A stretch of 64,000 bases of DNA. Origin: Candidatus Omnitrophota bacterium. Its GTDB lineage: Bacteria; Omnitrophota; Gorgyraeia; Gygaellales; Profunditerraquicolaceae. Positions 58,289-64,000 of this stretch are shown in pieces (the first letter of the stretch is position 1; every line of letters starts with the position of its first letter). The stretch is from positions 197,165 through 261,164 of the forward strand of contig JBAZJY010000001.1 of NCBI GenBank assembly GCA_041651115.1, in the 5' to 3' direction. The notes beneath the pieces are model-generated. The model did not search any database. It saw only the letters and a list, made by a program, of their open reading frames with translations, and had not been told where the DNA came from. The translations under genes and the position numbers were made by a program.

Positions 58289-58730
58289 GCGCGCTGTTAA
58301 AGGTTTTACATTAATTGAAGTCTTGATCGCGGTAGCCATACTGGCCTTTTGCCTGTGCGGGCTATTGGCGACATACGTGAATATGTTCTTTCTTACCAGT
58401 CTGCTGCGGGACTCAACGTTAGCAACGAGCGCAGTGCAGGCTAAGCTGGAAGAGGTCAGGAGCACCGATTTTGCCTGTCTTTATACGCCCGGTGCCTGTC
58501 AGGCATGCGCCGGTCTTTGCGCGAAATGTTTTTGCGACGGCGACGAATTCATCCTTGACGGGATTGCCGAAGGCAAGGCCGCTATCGAGATCGATCCGGT
58601 TGTCGGTTATACTACGCTTAAGAAAGTAAGGATTGTTGCCTGTTTCAGGACAAGGGGCAGGCTTATCGGCAATGATATTGAAAATTGCTCTGTTTCCCCG
58701 GTTGAAGCAGTAACCTATATATCGCAATGA
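58269..58730 (+). CDS. Prepilin-type minor pilin (PilV/GspI-like)
   Basis: VKGFTLIEVLIAVAILAFCL. Six Cys lie in the C-terminal part. Confidence 0.6.
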   Translation: MMKLLNKRAVKGFTLIEVLIAVAILAFCLCGLLATYVNMFFLTSLLRDSTLATSAVQAKLEEVRSTDFACLYTPGACQACAGLCAKCFCDGDEFILDGIAEGKAAIEIDPVVGYTTLKKVRIVACFRTRGRLIGNDIENCSVSPVEAVTYISQ

Positions 58731-59305
58731 AGAAGACATCCGCCTATACGCTGCTTGAAATGATCGTGGTCCTGGCGATATTCATTATTGTTTTTTCTTC
58801 GGTGATCGCGATCATGCTGGCAGGCGACCGCAACTGGCGCATCGGCAGGAATATTATTACCGAACAACAGCAGGCCAGGCAGGCAATGAGTTATATTGTC
58901 AGGTCATTGCGGCAATCCAGCCCGCAGTGGGGGTTGACAATGGAAGAGGACCGGATATTATTTTACCGCCCGGTATTTGACGCAAACGGGAATATCATAG
59001 ATACACGTTGGGTTATATTCAGGCTAAACCCGCTTGATTCTACGCAGTTAATCAAGAGCGAACAAGACCTTGCCCCTGTCGTATTGGCGCAGGATATTGA
59101 CGGGATCAGGTTCACCGGCGGGTGCGCAGGTTGCGCCGCGTTCAATTGCGCTGCCATGGCTGCCGATTGTCCCGTAGTCATGGTTGAAATAAGGACCAGA
59201 AAGAATACAGTGTTTACTTTAGTTTCAAAAGTAATGATGCGCAATGCTCCCTTAGCCTTGTCGGAAGACGTGCCGCTTATTGAGCCGCCGGAAGGAGAAT
59301 TCTAA
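58727..59305 (+). CDS. Prepilin-type minor pilin (PilW/GspJ-like)
   Basis: TSAYTLLEMIVVLAIFIIVF. Ala is at -1. Confidence 0.58.
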   Translation: MKKTSAYTLLEMIVVLAIFIIVFSSVIAIMLAGDRNWRIGRNIITEQQQARQAMSYIVRSLRQSSPQWGLTMEEDRILFYRPVFDANGNIIDTRWVIFRLNPLDSTQLIKSEQDLAPVVLAQDIDGIRFTGGCAGCAAFNCAAMAADCPVVMVEIRTRKNTVFTLVSKVMMRNAPLALSEDVPLIEPPEGEF

Positions 59306-60993
59306 TGGGTAGAAAAGGGATCGTGCTGGTTATTTCACTGGCAGTAATGGCTGTGCTTTTGATCCTTACGGGAAGCTTCTTTTTTAGTCTGATCTCGGAA
59401 AGCGGATTTGTAAATAGGGAAAAATACATTGTTCAGGCAGTGGCATTAGCAGAGGCAGGGGCAAGTCATGCCCGCGCGGAATTGAACCGGCTGCTTAATA
59501 TAAATCTTGATCCGGCAGTTTCCGTAGACCAAACGTTCGCGTTTAGGAACTATTATGCCAGCAATGATTCCCTGGAAGTGCTGGAGGATTACCTCGGCTT
59601 TAGCACGGCCGGTTGCCCTGTCGGCTCCTGTATCGGCGTAAGCGCTTCCCCTACTCAACTAAGGGCTCAATTCCCTTCCAGTGTTATAGATGGATCCTAT
59701 AACGCAATAGTGATCGTCACGCAGAATGGGAATCCCGAGCGTATCATCATGGGTTCGGATGAAAGGTATATTTTCCGGTATAATTACGCGATTGAGTCCA
59801 CCGGCAGCGTAACTAAAACCGTGCCGGCTACTGCCAAGACAATAAGGCTTAGCGGCGGCAGCTTTACCGTGAACATACGCCGGGATAACTTCGCCAAATT
59901 CGCGCTTTTTACTTCGCATCACAGAACACCTTCAGGCACAACCGTATGGTTTACTTCCAATACCAACTTTAGCGGGCCGGTCTTTACAAATGAACGCTTT
60001 AGCTTCGCGCAAAACCCCGGCGCGCATTTTACCGAAGAGGTTGCCCAACATGAAACGCGGGCGCGTTTTTATAATAACAACAACCCTGTATTACTGAATG
60101 CCGATAGTAATCCTCCGAGAGATGTCCCTGCGTTTGATAAGGGATTTGAACGCGGAGAAGACCTGTTAAATCTTGAGTCTTCTACTTCCGCGACTGAATT
60201 GAGGAACGAAGCATTGGGGACCCTGCCGTTGCCCGGCAGTAACGGTATTTATATTCCTAATGACGGGGCAAGCCTTACCGGAGGCATATATGTGCGGGGA
60301 AATTCAGTGATCAGCGCAGGCGTGGATGCGAATAATCTGCCGGTATATACGATCACGCAAGGCGCTACGACAAAAGTGATTACCGTGGATTATGCCAATA
60401 ATCAGACTCTCGTGAACGTCGGCGGCGATGTGCAGGCCTATAACGGTATTCCTGACGGCGTGGATAATCAGGGAACGATCATTTACGGAGACGGCAATAT
60501 AAACGGGCTTTCCGGGACCGTACAGCAGGATACCTCGCTCACGATTGCCAGCAGGGACGATATAGTCATCACCGGTAATCTTGTTTATCAACAGTATGAT
60601 ACCAGCCCTACGCTTAATGCCGCTGCTTATGAAAATATCTTAGGTATTCTTTCATGGGACGGCGACGTAAGGATCGGTACCAGCGCTCCCAATAACATCA
60701 ATATCCACGGCGTAGTAATGGCTCCGCACGGGATATTTACGGTGGATAATTATAACTACGGCTCTCCGCGCGGCACAGCCACGCTATTGGGAGGCGCGAT
60801 CACGGATTATTATGGCGCGTTCGGTACCTTTAGCGGCAGCACGGAAGTATCCGGCTACGGCAGGAATTTTATTTATGACGGCCGCGTGCTTGAAGGTAAA
60901 ACTCCGCCATATTTTCCTTACATGACGGGTTTTACTGCTTCCGTAGACGGTTTAAGCGCAAACCTGCCGGTTTGGCAGGATGAGGGGTTATAA
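59305..60993 (+). CDS. Large PilX-N/GspK-like pilus tip or assembly protein
   Basis: 562 aa. The N-terminus KGIVLVISLAVMAVLLILTGSFFF is a PilX_N-type anchor. It is followed by a long Gly/Asn/Thr-rich beta region. Confidence 0.45.
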   Translation: MGRKGIVLVISLAVMAVLLILTGSFFFSLISESGFVNREKYIVQAVALAEAGASHARAELNRLLNINLDPAVSVDQTFAFRNYYASNDSLEVLEDYLGFSTAGCPVGSCIGVSASPTQLRAQFPSSVIDGSYNAIVIVTQNGNPERIIMGSDERYIFRYNYAIESTGSVTKTVPATAKTIRLSGGSFTVNIRRDNFAKFALFTSHHRTPSGTTVWFTSNTNFSGPVFTNERFSFAQNPGAHFTEEVAQHETRARFYNNNNPVLLNADSNPPRDVPAFDKGFERGEDLLNLESSTSATELRNEALGTLPLPGSNGIYIPNDGASLTGGIYVRGNSVISAGVDANNLPVYTITQGATTKVITVDYANNQTLVNVGGDVQAYNGIPDGVDNQGTIIYGDGNINGLSGTVQQDTSLTIASRDDIVITGNLVYQQYDTSPTLNAAAYENILGILSWDGDVRIGTSAPNNINIHGVVMAPHGIFTVDNYNYGSPRGTATLLGGAITDYYGAFGTFSGSTEVSGYGRNFIYDGRVLEGKTPPYFPYMTGFTASVDGLSANLPVWQDEGL

Positions 60994-60996
60994 GCC

Positions 60997-61254
60997 ATGA
61001 ATAAAAAAGTCGTTATCTTAGCTATTTTTGTGGTTTACCTGCTTACGATAGCAGTTATCACGGCAATCGTCATTGCCGGTAAAAAAGAATTTAAACCGGC
61101 AGGCGCAGCCAAGCAGATCAGGATCAAAGAGATCAGCAGCAGGGATTTTAAGAAAGAAGCCAACAGCGGCGCAGGCCGCCTGGAAAGCCCTGCCCCGGCA
61201 GCTGCCGAAGAAAAGGAATTTGAGCCGCCCATTGAAGGGCCGCTCGCATATTAA
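60997..61254 (+). CDS. Small single-pass membrane protein (hypothetical)
   Basis: 85 aa. One transmembrane helix is followed by a charged tail. The ORF overlaps the alternative long 61073 ORF. Confidence 0.3.
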   Translation: MNKKVVILAIFVVYLLTIAVITAIVIAGKKEFKPAGAAKQIRIKEISSRDFKKEANSGAGRLESPAPAAAEEKEFEPPIEGPLAY

Positions 61255-61255
61255 T

Positions 61256-62263
61256 ATGAAACCCTTATTTCACCAGAAAGAAAAATCCGCTATCGGCCTG
61301 GATATCGGCACACAGGCAATAAAAGCCGTAAAATTAAAGTTTCTTAAGGACGGCGCTATCGATTGCTGCGGCTTTGAAGTGGAGCCTGCGCAGCTGGATT
61401 TAGAGCCGGCATTGAAAAAAATCAGCCAGGAAATTGGCGCGGCTGAAGTAAATATTTCTTTGTCCGGGCCGGCTGTCGTCTTGCGTTATATTAATTTTCC
61501 GCGCATGCAGCAGGATGAATTGAAACAGGCGTTGCGATTTGAAGCGCAGAAGCACATTCCTTTCTCTGTCAATGAAGTCAACCTGGACGCCCATATTATC
61601 AAGGATGACCTGCCGGATAATAAGATGCTCGTGCTTGTGGCAGCCGCTAAAAAAGATTTTATTGAAGAGCGGCTCAAGGCCGTTAAGTCCGCAGGGCTCA
61701 AGGCAGGCTTGATCGACGTTGATTCGCTTGCGCTGGTCAATGCCTTCAATTTCAATTATCCCGGGGCGGGGAACACGGAACAGAAAGCTGCGGCCCTGCT
61801 GAATATCGGGGCGCAGGAAGCGAACTTGAATATCCTGGACAAGGCAGTGCCGCGTTTAAGCCGCGATATCCGTATCGCAGGAAATGATTTTACCCGTAAG
61901 CTGATGGAAGTTTTTAATTTGGACTTTAAGGCTGCGGAAGAATTAAAGGCGCGGCCGGACGCGGAAAGAGCGGAAAAAATCGGGCAGGCACTGGGGGCCG
62001 TAGTTTCAAGCCTGGCCGCGGAAATAAGGGTATCGTTTGATTATTATGAAAGCCAGGGTGCCTCTTCCGTAAATAAGATCTTTCTCTGCGGCGGCTCAAG
62101 CTTTTTGCCGGGCATAAAGGAAATGCTGACTAATATGCTTGATATCGCGGTGGAATATTGGGACCCGTTTATCAAGTTAGGGATATCGGCGGATGTGGAT
62201 GAGGTTAAATTAAAGGCCCTATCTGCGCAGATGGCTGTTGCAGTAGGGCTGGCATTACGTTAA
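61256..62263 (+). CDS. pilM: Type IV pilus assembly protein PilM
   Basis: The ATG at 61256 gives SAIGLDIGTQAIKAVKLK, an actin-like fold. About 336 aa. Confidence 0.7.
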   Translation: MKPLFHQKEKSAIGLDIGTQAIKAVKLKFLKDGAIDCCGFEVEPAQLDLEPALKKISQEIGAAEVNISLSGPAVVLRYINFPRMQQDELKQALRFEAQKHIPFSVNEVNLDAHIIKDDLPDNKMLVLVAAAKKDFIEERLKAVKSAGLKAGLIDVDSLALVNAFNFNYPGAGNTEQKAAALLNIGAQEANLNILDKAVPRLSRDIRIAGNDFTRKLMEVFNLDFKAAEELKARPDAERAEKIGQALGAVVSSLAAEIRVSFDYYESQGASSVNKIFLCGGSSFLPGIKEMLTNMLDIAVEYWDPFIKLGISADVDEVKLKALSAQMAVAVGLALR

Positions 62264-62833
62264 ATGATAGAAATAGACTTATTGCCCCAGGAGCTAAAGA
62301 TAAAACAGTCCGGGCCAGGGTTACATATGGCTCCGTTAAATTTACTTTATCTTATCCCGGCTGTATTTGCCGTTTTGATCGCCGCGCATATTTATCTTGC
62401 GGCTGCGTCGGCAATTGCCGGATGGCAGTTCGGTATTTTGAATAAAAAATGGCAGGCGGTTGAACCGCAAAGAAAGGTTGTTGATGCCGCAGGCCGGGAA
62501 TACGCCGGCCTTACGCAGGAAGCGGCATTTCTCCGGCGGATGCTTAAAGAAAGGGTAATCTGGGCGGAGAAATTGAACCTCTTAAGCCTTAATCTGGCCC
62601 CGGGCATCTGGTTTAATGAGATCAGGCTGTCCGGTAAAGACTTTAGCCTTAAAGGAAGCGTATTTTCCCTTACCCGGCAGGAAATCGGCCAGATCAATAA
62701 ATTCTTAGACGGACTGACTAACGACGCTAATTTCTTTAAGGATTTCTTAAGCCTGCATCTTGGCCCGGTGCAAAAGGCTCCCATTGACAGTTATGAAGTG
62801 GCTGAGTTTACGCTTACCGGAAAATTAAAATGA
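62264..62833 (+). CDS. pilN: Type IV pilus assembly protein PilN
   Basis: The N-terminus IEIDLLPQE matches the PilN INLLP motif. A transmembrane helix and coiled coil follow. Confidence 0.6.
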   Translation: MIEIDLLPQELKIKQSGPGLHMAPLNLLYLIPAVFAVLIAAHIYLAAASAIAGWQFGILNKKWQAVEPQRKVVDAAGREYAGLTQEAAFLRRMLKERVIWAEKLNLLSLNLAPGIWFNEIRLSGKDFSLKGSVFSLTRQEIGQINKFLDGLTNDANFFKDFLSLHLGPVQKAPIDSYEVAEFTLTGKLK

Positions 62834-63402
62834 ATATAAACGTACCCGATATCAGCAAGCTCCAGTTAGACAGTAAAAAAATAATACTGATCGCGCTGGT
62901 GGCCGTATTTATCATTTATGCCGATTGCGCCTTCCTGATCAAAGCGCAGTTGGGGCATTTGCGCAATTTAAGGCCCAAGGTCGCGAAATTGCAAAAAGAC
63001 ATCAAGGCATTCAATAAAAGTTTTTCCGAGATGAGCAGGTTCAAAAGCGAAGAAGGCGAGCCCGTAGTTTCCGGCAAGCAGATGATCGCGGAAAGCGACC
63101 TGACAGACCTGCTGGAATATATTTCCGATACCGGAAACAGCAATAATATCAGGATCACGCAGGTCAAGCCGGTAAGGGAAGTCCGGGCAAAAGAGGAAAA
63201 ATCGCCGGCAGCAGGCAATTTTATCCCGGTTTATATTTCACTGGACATCCTTGCCGGTTACCATAATTTAGGCACTTTTATCAATATTCTTGAAAATGGC
63301 GATAAGTTCATTGCGGTCCAGGACCTGAGGATCAGCCGCGATAAAAACGACTACATGCGCCAGGAAGTAAATTTAACGTTAAAGACATATGTTAAAAAGT
63401 AA
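62830..63402 (+). CDS. pilO: Type IV pilus assembly protein PilO-like
   Basis: A transmembrane helix KIILIALVAVFIIYADCAFLI is followed by a coiled coil and a periplasmic domain. Confidence 0.55.
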   Translation: MNINVPDISKLQLDSKKIILIALVAVFIIYADCAFLIKAQLGHLRNLRPKVAKLQKDIKAFNKSFSEMSRFKSEEGEPVVSGKQMIAESDLTDLLEYISDTGNSNNIRITQVKPVREVRAKEEKSPAAGNFIPVYISLDILAGYHNLGTFINILENGDKFIAVQDLRISRDKNDYMRQEVNLTLKTYVKK

Positions 63403-63796
63403 AAAGTTGAAAGTAAAAAGCCAAAATTGCAATTTCAAATTTGAAATTTTAATTTTATTCCTCTGCTTTTGCCTTTTGCCTTTTTCCTTTTGCCTTTCCC
63501 AGGCCCCGGAACAATTTATCTATGATGCCCGCGGCAAGCGCGATCCGTTTATCCCTTTAGTTACCCCGGATGGCAGGCTTCTGAACCTTGATTCACAGCA
63601 GGAAAAAGAGGCATTACGCATTGAAGGGATAATTTACGACGATAAGGGCATATCCTACGCGATCATCAACGGTATGGTAGTAAGGATCGGCGATATCGTA
63701 GACGGCAATCAAATCCTGAAGATCGAAGACGACAAAGTTATCTTTATAAAAGAAGGAAATCCGTTCAGCTTGGAATTAAAACAGGAGGAAAAGTGA
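63389..63796 (+). CDS. pilP: Type IV pilus assembly protein PilP-like
   Basis: A Lys-rich N-terminus and a signal peptide are followed by a GKRDPF motif. 135 aa. The 5' end contains a heptamer repeat tract. Confidence 0.5.
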   Translation: MLKSKKLKVKSQNCNFKFEILILFLCFCLLPFSFCLSQAPEQFIYDARGKRDPFIPLVTPDGRLLNLDSQQEKEALRIEGIIYDDKGISYAIINGMVVRIGDIVDGNQILKIEDDKVIFIKEGNPFSLELKQEEK

Positions 63797-64000
63797 AAAG
63801 AACCGAAATGTTAAATTCCCGCGTGTTCCTTGTTGTGATCGCCGGTTTATTCTTTACCGCTGCTTTTGCGCAGGATACCGGCCAGCAGCCCGCTGATTTT
63901 GCGCAGGCCCAGGAGGAGACGCAGCTTGAAAGGATGATCATTGCGGAGCCGGGGGAGGCTGTAGCGATATCGCAAAATGTCACCCTGGACTTTAACGAAG
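63793..64000 (+). CDS. pilQ: Second secretin (PilQ-like), N-terminal fragment truncated by the window end
   Basis: A GTG/ATG start lies after an AGGAGG Shine-Dalgarno sequence. A signal peptide (VFLVVIAGLFFTAAFAQ) is followed by ISQNVTLDFNE, which parallels ISMDFKDASL of the first PilQ. Confidence 0.45.
   Translation, partial: MKRTEMLNSRVFLVVIAGLFFTAAFAQDTGQQPADFAQAQEETQLERMIIAEPGEAVAISQNVTLDFNE

Noticed and set aside
61073-61255. N-terminal extension of pilM (396-aa ORF version)
   Set aside because: The extension is Arg/Lys/Pro-rich low-complexity sequence that overlaps the small upstream ORF. The PilM actin-fold N-terminus, SAIGLDIGT, starts right after the ATG at 61256.

Overview
This 64 kb window is fully coding on the + strand. 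I found no convincing minus-strand gene. It looks like core chromosome from an uncultivated Gram-negative (diderm) bacterium. That is suggested by lptD, a secretin and TolQ/TolR, and GC is roughly 48-50% by eye. An Omnitrophota-like lineage is a low-confidence guess. In order, the window contains the following. (1) A long biosynthetic supraoperon argD-argF-[pilin-like gene]-argG-argH-lysA-dapF-dapA-dapB-dapL-folK-panC-nadX-like with overlapping or abutting start/stop codons. (2) A small basic tandem-repeat protein, a PMT-like/TPR membrane protein, uvrA, a TPR protein and a TolQ/TolR/TonB-like module. (3) Type IV pilus cluster 1: an HTH gene, a pilM-pilN fusion, pilO, pilP, pilQ, pilB, pilC, three pilins and two minor pilins. 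(4) A tRNA-Ala(CGC) followed by a two-gene AmmeMemoRadiSam system, a radical SAM enzyme plus a Memo-AMMECR1 fusion, each with an N-terminal hydrophobic leader. (5) rsmE, a MiaB-like gene, and the hrcA-grpE-dnaK-dnaJ operon preceded by a CIRCE operator. (6) fmdB, a VanZ-like gene, DUF1015, accD, an orphan MalK-like ABC ATPase and two GGDEF cyclases. (7) A transaldolase, lptD, UDP-sugar genes (ugd, a UDP-HexNAc dehydrogenase, UDP-xylose synthase) and an orphan pilin. (8) A second pilus cluster with 4-5 prepilin-type genes, a large PilX-N protein, pilM, pilN, pilO, pilP and the start of a second secretin. The window holds at least 11 genes with a prepilin N-terminal motif. The non-standard signals I noticed are these. 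There are in-frame heptanucleotide tandem repeats (GGTGYCA)x4 in both lysA and dapF, and a degenerate CTTTTGC x5 tract in the second pilP. A ~188 bp nested-palindrome element occurs twice (about 34706-34893 and 47685-47870). A nearly nucleotide-identical N-terminal leader cassette is shared by two unrelated genes (about 16417-16456 and 32560-32600). A pilin gene is embedded in the arg operon. There are two consecutive hairpins 3' of the tRNA (one overlapping its 3' end). Protein identities come from recognisable motifs in the supplied translations. I could run no database search, so family calls are from memory.
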